DNA of 64,000 nucleotides, from the IMG/VR virus record IMGVR_UViG_3300025141_011586, positions 9,169 through 73,168 of that record. One strand, 5' to 3'. Numbering within the stretch: the first letter of the stretch is position 1; every line of letters begins with the position of its first letter. The DNA is from a virus. The translations under genes were made by a program, and so were the position numbers. Shown in pieces: positions 28,923-38,695 of this stretch. The notes under the pieces are model-generated. The model saw nothing but the letters and a program-made list of their open reading frames with translations, was not told the DNA's origin and did no database searches.

Positions 28923-30510
28923 GAGAATCGAAATAAGAAATTTTTATTCTATAAAGGATGTAAAGCTAAACTTCGAGAAGTATAAAGGAATAACCTTGGT
29001 TGAAGGGGTTAACAAGGATACGGGAGGTTCTAACGGGGCAGGCAAGAGCGCATTATTTGAGGCTGTTGTCTGGGGGTTGTTTGGAAAGACCATTAGAAAA
29101 TCTACTGAGGCTGCTTTGATTAACAACATTGCGAACAAAGGGTGCAGTGTTAAATTATTTTTAGATGACGAGGTGGTAATCATAAGGTCGAAGAAGCCTA
29201 CATCTTTGGAGTTCCGCAAGGGAGAGAAAAGCTTAACCAGAGCTAGCGCATTGGAGACCCAGAAGATTGTTGAGTCTTACCTGAAGATAGACTACAAGAC
29301 GTTCATGTCTTCCATGATCCTGGGGCAGCATAATAACGTAGACTTCTTGAGCGCAACCCCAGAGGACAAGAGAACAATAATAAAGAACTTTCTAAACCTG
29401 GACGAGTTGTTTGGAGTGAGAGAGAAGATAAGGAGTTACAAGTCTTCTTATAATTCTGAGGCTAAGTCTAAAGTTTCTGTGATTAAAGAACATCTAGGCG
29501 AATTAAAAAGGCTGGAGACCAAGGTAAGCGACATAGAGAAGAGTAAACAGGGGTGTGATTTCCCTGAGAACATAAAATCATTCGACCCTAGCGAGGTTGT
29601 GAGGCTAGAAAAAGAATATGATGCGGCATGTAGAGAGATATTTGAGGCGAAGACTGCGATAACAAAGCTAGATGAAGTTAGCCATGAACTTATTTTAAAA
29701 ATTAACAAGGGGGTGTACGAGGATACTGAGGAGTGTCCCTCCTGTAATCAAGATGTTAAGGTGTCTCAAACTGAGGAGGACATAGAGAAGTACGACTACC
29801 AAGTACATCAGTTTTCTAGGTTAAGAGAAGCTAAGTCTGACGAGATAGACACGCTGATCAAAAAAAGAGACAGTATTGATGTCCCAATCTCACATAAAAA
29901 GTTGTCCGAGTATGGAAAGTTTAATGACCTGTGCGTTCGTCAAGATACCTTTAGAGAAATCATTGAAACGTTAAAGGTTAAGATTCAGAAGAGGGAAAAA
30001 GAGAAAGTTAACAGCCAGACAGATTATGAGGTGATGAAGTTCTGGGAGAAAGCTTTTTCTGAACAGGGCTTAGTTAGGTTTGTTGTTAGAAATATTTTGG
30101 ATCATCTAAACAACACTTGCAATAGATTTCTATCTCTGGTATCTGGAGCGAAGCTGTCGATAGAATTTGATGAGAAATTAAATGAAAAAATTACTTCCTG
30201 CGGTATGGAGGTTCAGCACGTTTCCTTATCAGGCGGAGAACGTAGGAAGGTTAATGTTTCCATACTGTTAGCTTTACAGAGCTTGTTAAGTTTAACAAAA
30301 GAGAACAAGCCAAATCTACTTTTTTTTGATGAAGTAGCTGAGAATTTAGATGAGGATGGTGTGCAAGGGTTGTATATATTGATGCAAGAATTGAAAAAAA
30401 CCAAGGATTTGTTTATAATTACCCACAACAATCATTTCAAATCTGTATTGGATTTTGATAACAAGATTACTATGATAAAGTCTCGCGGAATATCTAAATT
30501 AAAGGAGTAG
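28912..30510 (+). CDS. Rad50/SbcC-like ATPase (T4 gp46-like)
   Basis: NGAGKS Walker A, CPSC zinc hook, LSGGE, FFDE, IITH. Confidence 0.93.
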   Translation: MKIKRIEIRNFYSIKDVKLNFEKYKGITLVEGVNKDTGGSNGAGKSALFEAVVWGLFGKTIRKSTEAALINNIANKGCSVKLFLDDEVVIIRSKKPTSLEFRKGEKSLTRASALETQKIVESYLKIDYKTFMSSMILGQHNNVDFLSATPEDKRTIIKNFLNLDELFGVREKIRSYKSSYNSEAKSKVSVIKEHLGELKRLETKVSDIEKSKQGCDFPENIKSFDPSEVVRLEKEYDAACREIFEAKTAITKLDEVSHELILKINKGVYEDTEECPSCNQDVKVSQTEEDIEKYDYQVHQFSRLREAKSDEIDTLIKKRDSIDVPISHKKLSEYGKFNDLCVRQDTFREIIETLKVKIQKREKEKVNSQTDYEVMKFWEKAFSEQGLVRFVVRNILDHLNNTCNRFLSLVSGAKLSIEFDEKLNEKITSCGMEVQHVSLSGGERRKVNVSILLALQSLLSLTKENKPNLLFFDEVAENLDEDGVQGLYILMQELKKTKDLFIITHNNHFKSVLDFDNKITMIKSRGISKLKE

Positions 30511-30512
30511 AG

Positions 30513-32405
30513 ATGAGCATTGCGAAACTGAATGAGCTAGGGCAGAGAATATTCGAACAGAGGTATGCCTACCCTGGAGAGAAGGGGTGGGGGGACAGGT
30601 CTAAAGCAGTAGCTAATCATGTAGCGTCTGCTGAGAGTGACCAAAACAAGGAGAAGATATCAAAGAAATTCTTTGAGGTAATTTCCTCTGGTGATTTTAT
30701 TCCTGGGGGTAGGATTCTATTCGGCGCAGGAAGAAAACAATATAACCTTCTTAATTGCTACGTGATTATTCCTGAGGATAGCGTGGAGTCTATAGGAAAG
30801 ACTATTCAGGATGTGTACAAGATTTCCTGTGCGGGTGGAGGTATCGGGTTTAATTTTAGTAAGATCCGCCCAAGAGGCGATGACATTCAGAACATTCCCA
30901 ACTCAGCTCCAGGGTCAGTCTCCGTTATGAAGATGATAAACGAGATAGGAGATCATGTAAGAGCAGGAAAGAATAGAAGGACTGCTTTGATGGGTATTCT
31001 TGATGTTACTCATCCTGATTTACTAGAGTTTCTTCATGTGAAACTAGACAAGAAGCAACTTTCTAATTTTAATATTTCGGTTGCCGTGACTGACAGATTT
31101 TTTGAGGCTTGCGAGAATAATGAGGAGTGGTACTTCACATTTAACAGTAGGAAATACTACGTGTATCGCATTGACAGGGAGTCGAACGGCGAGTCTGAGA
31201 CCATTAGTGTGGTAGGTCTGAACGAGGAGGATGCTTTAGCGCGAGCCAGCAATCATTATAGTTTGGGTGCTGAGGATAAATTTACGCTAGTCGATAAGTA
31301 TCCCCTGATGGCAAAAGAACTTTGGGAAGAGCTGTGGAGCAATGCTGTGGAGTCTGGAGACCCAGGCATCTTCAATCTGTCCTTAGCTAATAAGTATACT
31401 AACGTCTCTTATTTTGAGGAGATGCAGTCTACTAACCCTTGTGGCGAAATCAGTTTACCAAGTTATGGAAACTGTTGCTTAGGGCATGTCAATCTTTCTA
31501 ACATGGTAGTTGATGGGGAGTTTGATTGGAAGAAGTTTGCTAATGCAGTTCGCACAGGAGTTAGATTCCTTGATGATGTGTTGACCGTAAATTCTTTCCC
31601 TACACCAGAATGTCGGGAGGTAGGGCATCGCTCAAGGAGAGTTGGTCTTGGTATTTTGGGGTACCATTACATGCTTATCAAGCTTGGTATAAAATATGGT
31701 AGTGACAAGTGTTTAGAGTTTACTGACCGTCTCATGGTTACCTTTAGAGACGAGGCATATAAGACATCGGTCTACTTGTCGAGAGACAAAGGGCCATTTG
31801 CTGCGTTTGACGCTAAGAAGTATTTAAATGAAGAATTTGCTAGAACTTTACCTGCGAGAATTAGGATGCTTATTAAAGAGCACGGCATACGAAACGCTGT
31901 TATGCTCACCATTGCTCCTACTGGCACTATTAGCATGGTACATGGAGTATCGTCTGGTATCGAGCCTATCTTTGCTGCTATGTATCATCGTCGTTATAGG
32001 GAGAGGAATACTTGGACGGAGACTGTGGTAGTTGATCCTTTGTTTAAGCATTTCCACGAAGAAGGTCTCCCCTTAGATAATTTTGTGGGGGCCTATGACA
32101 TTGATCCTAAGCAGCACCTAGCTGTCCAGGCTGTATTTCAGAGGTACATAGATTCCTGCATTAGTAAAACGATTAACTTGCCTTCTGATGCAGAATCAGA
32201 CGAACTTAATAAAACTGCGCTGTCCTTTGCGCCCTACCTTAAGGGGCTAACTATTTACAAGGCAGGGTCTAAGGGACAGGAGCCACTAGAAATTATTCCT
32301 TTAACTTCAGAAAATATTAAGAAGTATCTAGGGGATTCTTCTTTAATAGAGGAGACAGTTTCTGATGGATCAGTCTGTTCTTTAACGGGAGGTGAATGTG
32401 GTTAA
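30513..32405 (+). CDS. nrdJ: Ribonucleotide reductase, class II (adenosylcobalamin-dependent)
   Basis: PGGRIL, TNPCGEI, IAPTGTIS, SKTIN, C-terminal Cys pair; no beta subunit nearby. Confidence 0.85.
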   Translation: MSIAKLNELGQRIFEQRYAYPGEKGWGDRSKAVANHVASAESDQNKEKISKKFFEVISSGDFIPGGRILFGAGRKQYNLLNCYVIIPEDSVESIGKTIQDVYKISCAGGGIGFNFSKIRPRGDDIQNIPNSAPGSVSVMKMINEIGDHVRAGKNRRTALMGILDVTHPDLLEFLHVKLDKKQLSNFNISVAVTDRFFEACENNEEWYFTFNSRKYYVYRIDRESNGESETISVVGLNEEDALARASNHYSLGAEDKFTLVDKYPLMAKELWEELWSNAVESGDPGIFNLSLANKYTNVSYFEEMQSTNPCGEISLPSYGNCCLGHVNLSNMVVDGEFDWKKFANAVRTGVRFLDDVLTVNSFPTPECREVGHRSRRVGLGILGYHYMLIKLGIKYGSDKCLEFTDRLMVTFRDEAYKTSVYLSRDKGPFAAFDAKKYLNEEFARTLPARIRMLIKEHGIRNAVMLTIAPTGTISMVHGVSSGIEPIFAAMYHRRYRERNTWTETVVVDPLFKHFHEEGLPLDNFVGAYDIDPKQHLAVQAVFQRYIDSCISKTINLPSDAESDELNKTALSFAPYLKGLTIYKAGSKGQEPLEIIPLTSENIKKYLGDSSLIEETVSDGSVCSLTGGECG

Positions 32406-32688
32406 GAAAAAAGAGAATAAGAAGTTGCAAGTTGAGGCTCTAGGTGATAGAGTATTGGTTCAAAGGAAAGATGCAGAAACAGTGACACAAGGTGGAATTA
32501 TTTTAGCAGAAGGCTCTCAGGAGGAGCCTATTGAAGGAACTGTTTTTGGTATTGGCCCTGATTGTGTGAGCATAAAGGTAGGAGACATTGTGTTGATGCC
32601 TGCTTTTGCAGGGAACCAAGTTACCCTGCGAGGAAATCAATTTTCTGTTCTAGCGGAAGAGGAAATAATGCTTAGGATTCACGAATAA
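32392..32688 (+). CDS. groS: Co-chaperonin GroES
   Basis: LGDRVLV, TQGGIIL, VGDIV motifs. Confidence 0.93.
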   Translation: MNVVKKKENKKLQVEALGDRVLVQRKDAETVTQGGIILAEGSQEEPIEGTVFGIGPDCVSIKVGDIVLMPAFAGNQVTLRGNQFSVLAEEEIMLRIHE

Positions 32689-32693
32689 TAACG

Positions 32694-33155
32694 ATGCCCT
32701 TTTATAGGTTTGAATGTGAGGAGTGTGAAGTTTCCTGGGAGAAGAAGGCTTCTATGAAAAAAGCTCCACAGAGAAGTCGTTGCGAGACATGCAAAAAGAT
32801 GAGACCGAGGGTGTATGGTGCTCCCGCAGTGCATTTTAAAGGCATGGACTTCGAAACGAATCGTTCACGAGCAGAAAGATTTGCAAAGGAAGGGATGGAC
32901 AAGGATACTGCCAACGAGTTCCTGAATAACGAGGTACAATTTTCTAAAGATCGAAGACAAGATAGCGCGAAAGTATACAAGAGAGTGGTCCCAGACTACA
33001 AAAAAATGGCAAAGGAAGGCTTGGTTAAGAAGTGCTCTGATAAAAGAGTAAGAGAGAGGACAGATATTGCTAGAAAATTAACTAGAGATATGCATAATAA
33101 TGCAGGACTAGATCCACACAAAGACATCAACCCCAACTTAAATTCTATTTACTAA
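32694..33155 (+). CDS. FmdB-family zinc ribbon protein
   Basis: MPFYRFECEEC...CETC...FKGMDF. Confidence 0.75.
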   Translation: MPFYRFECEECEVSWEKKASMKKAPQRSRCETCKKMRPRVYGAPAVHFKGMDFETNRSRAERFAKEGMDKDTANEFLNNEVQFSKDRRQDSAKVYKRVVPDYKKMAKEGLVKKCSDKRVRERTDIARKLTRDMHNNAGLDPHKDINPNLNSIY

Positions 33156-33166
33156 CAGGTAACAAC

Positions 33167-34498
33167 ATGAAGTACAACTTTTCTGACAACATTCAAAGGG
33201 CAATTCTGTATTTGCTTAAGGCAGATAAGGATTTCCATCTCCAAATCTCAAACCTTGTTAAGCCTGATCATTTCGAGTTCACTGTTCACAGCAATCTCTT
33301 CCTTGCCGTTAGGGGTTACTTTGAACAGTATCACAAGCTGCCGTCAGACGATATCCTTATGGAGCTTGTAAAGAAAGAGAAAGGTTCTAAGGAGGATCTC
33401 TCAGACTACGAAGACGAGATTCATTATATTAACAATCTAGATACCAGCTCCCTCGATAGCAGGGATTATTATCTGGATTTGATTGAGGACTTCGCTAGAA
33501 AGCAAGAGGTGAAGGAGGCAATTAGGAAGTGTGTCGAGCTTGTTAAGGAAGACCGCCTTGATGAAACAGAAGAGACCATCAGAAACGCGCTGATGGTTGC
33601 TAGGACTGTCGATTATGGGCAGGATTATTTCTTGTCTGTGAAAGAGAGATGGGAGAGAGCTAACGCTAGGAAGGGTGATGATAAATTTAAAACTGTGTTG
33701 CCTACCTTTAATCATTACTTGGAAGGAGGGCACAACGCAAAAGAGCTTTGCATGGTCATTGCTCCCCCTGGAGTAGGCAAGAGTTTGTTCCTAGTTAATC
33801 AAGCTGCAACGACATTAATGGAGGGAAAGAAGGTATTGTATGTATCCCTTGAAATGTCTGAGGATAAGATTGCAAATAGGTTCGACTCGGTTACAACCCT
33901 GCTGCCTAACAGAAAACTTAAAGAGACATCGACCCAGCTCACTCTGCATGAGAGGCTTGAGATGTTTAAGGAGCATTTCCCTGGCTCCGAGTTGATAATC
34001 AAGGAGTATCCTACAGGGCAAGCAACGGTTAATACCATCAGGGCTTTACTGGTTCAGCTAAAGAGTTATAAAAACTTTATTCCTGATCTTGTAATTGTAG
34101 ATTACCTGGAACTTCTTCGCCCCGTGAGGTCAGTTGATGCTGAGTATATGGCACAGCAGAGAATTTCTGAGGAGCTTCGAGGGCTTGCAGTCGAATACAA
34201 CTGTTTGGTGTGGACTGCAACTCAAACGAACAGGGAAGGGAAGAAGGTAAAGCTTATTACAGATGCTCAGTTAGGGGATTCTTACGGAAAGATTAGAACT
34301 GCTGACTGGGCTGTGTCACTTAATCAAACCGAGGAGGAATACGATAACGGGAGGATAAGAGCGTATGTGGTAAAGGCTAGGGATAGCAAGCAAAGATATA
34401 TTGTTCCTATGGACGTAGACTATACCACTTTAAGAATGATGGAGGGATCTATTACGGAGGATATGGAAAATGACATCTCGGGTATCTCCGAAATCTAA
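33167..34498 (+). CDS. Replicative DnaB-like helicase (T4 gp41-like)
   Basis: APPGVGKS, YVSLEMSE, IVDYLELL, WTATQTNR motifs. Confidence 0.93.
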   Translation: MKYNFSDNIQRAILYLLKADKDFHLQISNLVKPDHFEFTVHSNLFLAVRGYFEQYHKLPSDDILMELVKKEKGSKEDLSDYEDEIHYINNLDTSSLDSRDYYLDLIEDFARKQEVKEAIRKCVELVKEDRLDETEETIRNALMVARTVDYGQDYFLSVKERWERANARKGDDKFKTVLPTFNHYLEGGHNAKELCMVIAPPGVGKSLFLVNQAATTLMEGKKVLYVSLEMSEDKIANRFDSVTTLLPNRKLKETSTQLTLHERLEMFKEHFPGSELIIKEYPTGQATVNTIRALLVQLKSYKNFIPDLVIVDYLELLRPVRSVDAEYMAQQRISEELRGLAVEYNCLVWTATQTNREGKKVKLITDAQLGDSYGKIRTADWAVSLNQTEEEYDNGRIRAYVVKARDSKQRYIVPMDVDYTTLRMMEGSITEDMENDISGISEI

Positions 34499-34874
34499 AA
34501 AGCATTTATTTTCTAAGCTTAAGGCAAAGAAGATTGATACTGTGGATGCAGGATGGAGAGTGTTCAATATCATATATAAGACGGGACTTAAGACCGCTAA
34601 CGATCCATGTTTTGGGAAGACAGATTTTGATGCGTGTGAAATTTATCTTGATAGAGGGATGGAGCACGGTTTGGCGAGAGAAACCCTCATACATGAAGTG
34701 TTTCACATTATGTTAGAGAGTTGTGGGCTAGGTGGAGACGAGGATGATGTTGAGCCTCTGTTTGTGAAGAATAATGAATCTTTAACGATGCTCACCAGCA
34801 GAGCTTTCTTGTTGTTGGCAAATTTGAACTCGGAATTATTTAAGATATTATTTTGTGAGGATAAAAATGAATAG
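34470..34874 (+). CDS. HExxH-motif phage protein (putative metallopeptidase)
   Basis: RETLIHEVFH motif. Confidence 0.55.
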   Translation: MTSRVSPKSKKHLFSKLKAKKIDTVDAGWRVFNIIYKTGLKTANDPCFGKTDFDACEIYLDRGMEHGLARETLIHEVFHIMLESCGLGGDEDDVEPLFVKNNESLTMLTSRAFLLLANLNSELFKILFCEDKNE

Positions 34875-35307
34875 ACTAGAAGAAACGCTGGATGATTTTC
34901 AGTGGGAAGTTTACGATGAGATAGCAGCGAACATTGCTAAGATTGACCCTACGAATATTGATGAGGAGCTACAACGACAGGCTCTCACTTACTCAAAGTA
35001 TTATGGCCTGATGGCTCTATGTAAGGACAAGCTTAGGGAGGCGGAGCTAGATCTAGAGGTGTTCGTTGCGCGGACGAGGCACGATGAATACACCAGGAAG
35101 ACAGAATCAGGTGAGAAGATAACTGAGAAGATTATGGAAGCATTTGTTTTCTCGCGGCCTGATTATAAGAATTTTGTGAAACAGGTAAGTAACAGGAAAT
35201 CCCAACACGAGATGTTGAAAGGGCTGGTCGGTTCTCTATCACAAAGAAAGGATGCTCTGATTCAGATATCATCTAATGCTAGAGCAGAAAAAAATATGTA
35301 TAGTTGA
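34867..35307 (+). CDS. Recombination mediator UvsY-like protein
   Basis: Helical 146 aa; KITEK..EAFV and LSQRKDAL patterns; next to SSB. Confidence 0.6.
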   Translation: MNRLEETLDDFQWEVYDEIAANIAKIDPTNIDEELQRQALTYSKYYGLMALCKDKLREAELDLEVFVARTRHDEYTRKTESGEKITEKIMEAFVFSRPDYKNFVKQVSNRKSQHEMLKGLVGSLSQRKDALIQISSNARAEKNMYS

Positions 35308-35336
35308 TTTACTTTTTTGAAACATTCTGCTATGAT
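35308..35336 (+). promoter_or_regulatory. Sigma70-type promoter for SSB
   Basis: TTTACT-17 nt-TATGAT with an extended TG. Confidence 0.6.
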
Positions 35337-35378
35337 ATACTAACGTAATAACAAACTAACTAACTGGAGAAAAAATTA

Positions 35379-36119
35379 ATGGCAATCGATTTAGAAGCAC
35401 TGCGGAAGAAGCACGAAGAACTTAGCGGGAACAAGTCTGATCAGACCTTTCTGAATAATTTCTTGCGCTTGGAGGACGGAACTAATTTGGTTCGAATTCT
35501 TCCTTGGAAGGATGACGAGAAGGAGTTCTATGCAGAGACCAAGATCCATAGAGTGGAGATGTCGGACGGCAACGTCAGAAATTTTCATTGTAGGAAGGTT
35601 CACAACGAGGCTTGCCCACTTTGCGATGCTTACTTTAAGCTGTGGAAAATGTCGAGCGACAAGGATGATGAGTTCGCAAATAAGGCTAGGCAGATCAAGC
35701 CCAGAGAACGTTACTACATGAACGTAGTCGTTCGGGATTCTGAAGAGGACCAGAAAGTTAAGATTCTTTCCGTGGGGCAGATAATTTTTAAGAAAGTTAT
35801 CAGCACCATGCTGGATGAGGATTTTGGGGATATTACTGATCTTCAGACAGGCCATGACTACAAGATCATCAAGGTTATGGATGGTCCTTGGCCTAAGTAT
35901 GATCAAAGCCAACCAAGGCCGAAGGCAGAACCCGCAGGAAGTAATCAAGACATCTCTGCGTGGATGGAGTCACTTCATGACATCCATGAGCTTGTTAAGC
36001 TTGAGGAGTATGATGCTGTTAAGGAGGTTGCCGAGGGTATGGTTCCTTCGGAAGATCGACCAATGGAATCCTCTGGCGAAGAAGAGGATAATGAATACTT
36101 GAAGAACTTGAAGGGGTAG
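35379..36119 (+). CDS. Single-stranded DNA-binding protein (T4 gp32-like)
   Basis: VRILP, H..C..CPLC zinc site, GDITDLQTGHDYKI, acidic tail. Confidence 0.85.
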   Translation: MAIDLEALRKKHEELSGNKSDQTFLNNFLRLEDGTNLVRILPWKDDEKEFYAETKIHRVEMSDGNVRNFHCRKVHNEACPLCDAYFKLWKMSSDKDDEFANKARQIKPRERYYMNVVVRDSEEDQKVKILSVGQIIFKKVISTMLDEDFGDITDLQTGHDYKIIKVMDGPWPKYDQSQPRPKAEPAGSNQDISAWMESLHDIHELVKLEEYDAVKEVAEGMVPSEDRPMESSGEEEDNEYLKNLKG

Positions 36120-36120
36120 T

Positions 36121-36669
36121 ATGAAGAAAATCTTTTTGTTAGGAGTCCTGTTGGTTTTTTCAGCAGGGCTGGCAAGTTGCAGTGTATTTGATTGGGTTAA
36201 CGATAAGGACCTCGTTATCACCACAATCGATCAGGTTAAGGAAGGAAGCAGAGGAGACTTGGTTGTTCTTCCCACCGAGAAGATTCCAGAAAAGTATAGA
36301 GAATCTTGGAAGGACGATGTGGTTGTAGTAGCACCAGAGGACTCCTTAAAGCCAGACGCAGCGTTCGTTCCACTGTCCACTGAAGGAGATAGCTGGGACA
36401 TGGGGGCAGTTGGTACCCTGTTGTCCGCTGCGGCAAAGGCTGGAGCTACCTTCTTCCCCCCTCTAGCGGGGCTGGAAGCTCTATTGCTCTTGCTGTTTAG
36501 GAGAAAGCGAGAGCATTACAAGAATGCTATGAAATCTATCCTGCCTGTTAACGGTAGTGTGGATTTGACAGAAGGTGTAAAGAGTGTTGGAAGAGCGTTG
36601 GGCATGGTTCACTCTTCGGAGTCTAGCAAGGAGGCTTTCGAGGATGATAAGTTAGCGGAAAAGAGCTGA
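36121..36669 (+). CDS. Lipoprotein with internal transmembrane segment
   Basis: Signal peptide with lipobox LASC; hydrophobic FPPLAGLEALLLLLF followed by RRKR. Confidence 0.65.
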   Translation: MKKIFLLGVLLVFSAGLASCSVFDWVNDKDLVITTIDQVKEGSRGDLVVLPTEKIPEKYRESWKDDVVVVAPEDSLKPDAAFVPLSTEGDSWDMGAVGTLLSAAAKAGATFFPPLAGLEALLLLLFRRKREHYKNAMKSILPVNGSVDLTEGVKSVGRALGMVHSSESSKEAFEDDKLAEKS

Positions 36670-36686
36670 CAATATAGTTGGACCGT

Positions 36687-36721
36687 AAGAGGGCGGGGGT
36701 GATTCCTCGCTCTCTTTTTTT
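36687..36721 (+). terminator. Rho-independent terminator
   Basis: aagagggcggggg-tgat-tcctcgctctctt hairpin followed by a T tract. Confidence 0.75.
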
Positions 36722-36735
36722 ATCTATTATATTTC

Positions 36736-37920
36736 ATGAGTGAAAAATTAAAAATCTTAGTTATCCCCGCTAACGAAGGGGGTTGTGCTTACTACAGAGC
36801 TATTATGCCCTTTATGAAACTACAGGAAGTCTGTCCTGATAGAGTTGAAGTAAGGCTGGACAAGAATCCCTTAGGCCTTGATGAAAAGACGGGCCAGTGG
36901 AAGGACAATTGGGCGTTTGAGAATATGAAATGGGCTCATATTATTGTCGTAAGTAACATCAGCAATTTCGGGGGGAATTACACAGCCAGAGTAATAGGTA
37001 AGGGGAAGGAGTTTAAGAAGTTTGTTCACTTTGATACTGATGATTTACTCACAGAGCTTTACGATGAACACCGCTTGAAGAAACTTTACGAAGAGAAGGG
37101 GTTGTCACAATTAACAAAGCATTTATACTACTCCTCAGATCTTGTAACGGTAACACAATCAAAGTTTGCTGAACGGGTTGAACCTTTTGTTGCCAAGTGT
37201 CTTGCTGTGGTCAAGAACTGCATTGATTATGATTTACCCTGCTGGAATTTGCCAAAAAAGGTAGGGCATAGGCCAATAAGAATTGGCTGGGCGGGAGGCA
37301 TTCATCACGATCCTGATGTAAAAGAGTTTGCTTCGGTCCCACACTTGGTCAACCAGAAAGTGGGACAGGAGAATGTATGGTGGGATTTCTATGGTCATCC
37401 CCCTAAAGGAGATAAAGACGATCCTGATGATTGGCAGGTAGATGTTTGGAAAGGGTATAAGAAAACTCTTTTAGGTGGTTTCAAGGGACATAAAAATTGG
37501 ACAATCCATCACGCCATGGCTCCAGACTCTTACGGTGGGATGTATGCTAACATGGACATAGCAATAGCTCCTCTCCAGATGAATAATTTTAACGATTCGA
37601 AGTCGGATATAAAAGTGGCAGAATGTGGTAGGTATAAGGTGCCTCTAGTGGCCTCTAATGTTGGCTGCTATAATGAGACGATTGAGAACTGGAAAACAGG
37701 ATACCTTATCCCGCCTGGAGCGTCGAAAATAAAGTGGGTCAAGGTCTTGACAAGATTGATCAAAGAGCATGGGTTGAGAAAGCAGATGGGTGAAAACCTC
37801 CATGCTATCACGGAGCAGGATTTTAGTGCTAGAAATGTTGTAGCAAGCAGAATAAATTTGTATGAGGAATGTTTTAAGTTAACGTTTGATCCTAGGGAGA
37901 GAGAAGATGTCGCAGATTAA
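36736..37920 (+). CDS. Glycosyltransferase (GT4-like)
   Basis: GGCAYYR, IGWAGG, DIAIAPL..FNDSKSDIK..E, ASNVG. Confidence 0.88.
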   Translation: MSEKLKILVIPANEGGCAYYRAIMPFMKLQEVCPDRVEVRLDKNPLGLDEKTGQWKDNWAFENMKWAHIIVVSNISNFGGNYTARVIGKGKEFKKFVHFDTDDLLTELYDEHRLKKLYEEKGLSQLTKHLYYSSDLVTVTQSKFAERVEPFVAKCLAVVKNCIDYDLPCWNLPKKVGHRPIRIGWAGGIHHDPDVKEFASVPHLVNQKVGQENVWWDFYGHPPKGDKDDPDDWQVDVWKGYKKTLLGGFKGHKNWTIHHAMAPDSYGGMYANMDIAIAPLQMNNFNDSKSDIKVAECGRYKVPLVASNVGCYNETIENWKTGYLIPPGASKIKWVKVLTRLIKEHGLRKQMGENLHAITEQDFSARNVVASRINLYEECFKLTFDPREREDVAD

Positions 37921-38695
37921 GATAGTTAGTGGGTTTACCCACGGAGGAGGATCAACTCATGCGTATATGAATCTTTGCGACTTGTTCAACGAGAATGGAT
38001 ACGACTGTACGTTCTACGGGCGACACCCTTGGCATCTAGATAAATGTTCTAAAGGGGCACTGATTCAGAATCTCGAACCTGAGATGGATGATACATTTTT
38101 GGTTCATTACTTCAGGATTGATGATATCATCCCGATGTGTAAGAAGATGGTTCTCAGTGTTCATGAGAAGAACATGTTTCCGATAAAGGATGTGGAGTAT
38201 TCCCACTATAATTTTATTCATTACATAAATGATGACCAACGGAAGTGGCAAGCAATCGATCACCCATACCATATTATACCTAACGTCTATGACGATCTGA
38301 AAGAGGAAGAGAAGACAGGTAGTGCTGCTGGTATTATCGGAACCATAGATCGCAACAAGAACACACATGTCTCCATCAGAAGAGCTTTGGATAAGGGATA
38401 CGATTCTGTCCTATTATATGGAGAGGTTACTGACAAAGATTACTACGAGGATAAGGTGAAGCCCTTACTAAATGATAAGGTAGTCCAGATGGGGCACTGT
38501 GGCGATAAGCAAGAGATGTACAACAGTGTGGAGTCCGTGTTTCTCTCCTCCGATAGCGAGGTTGCTCCGCTAGTAAAGGGGGAGTGTAACTTGACTGGGA
38601 CAAATTTTTACGGCAACAAGAATACCGAGGGGTCCGCCTTCCCAGTAGACAGAAAAGAGATCTTGGACATGTGGGTTAAAGCTTTGGAATTATGA
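37907..38695 (+). CDS. Glycosyltransferase (GT-B/GT4-like)
   Basis: HGGGS, IIGTIDRNKN, SDSEVAPLVKGE (ExxxxxxxE-type) motifs. Confidence 0.7.
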   Translation: MSQIKIVSGFTHGGGSTHAYMNLCDLFNENGYDCTFYGRHPWHLDKCSKGALIQNLEPEMDDTFLVHYFRIDDIIPMCKKMVLSVHEKNMFPIKDVEYSHYNFIHYINDDQRKWQAIDHPYHIIPNVYDDLKEEEKTGSAAGIIGTIDRNKNTHVSIRRALDKGYDSVLLYGEVTDKDYYEDKVKPLLNDKVVQMGHCGDKQEMYNSVESVFLSSDSEVAPLVKGECNLTGTNFYGNKNTEGSAFPVDRKEILDMWVKALEL

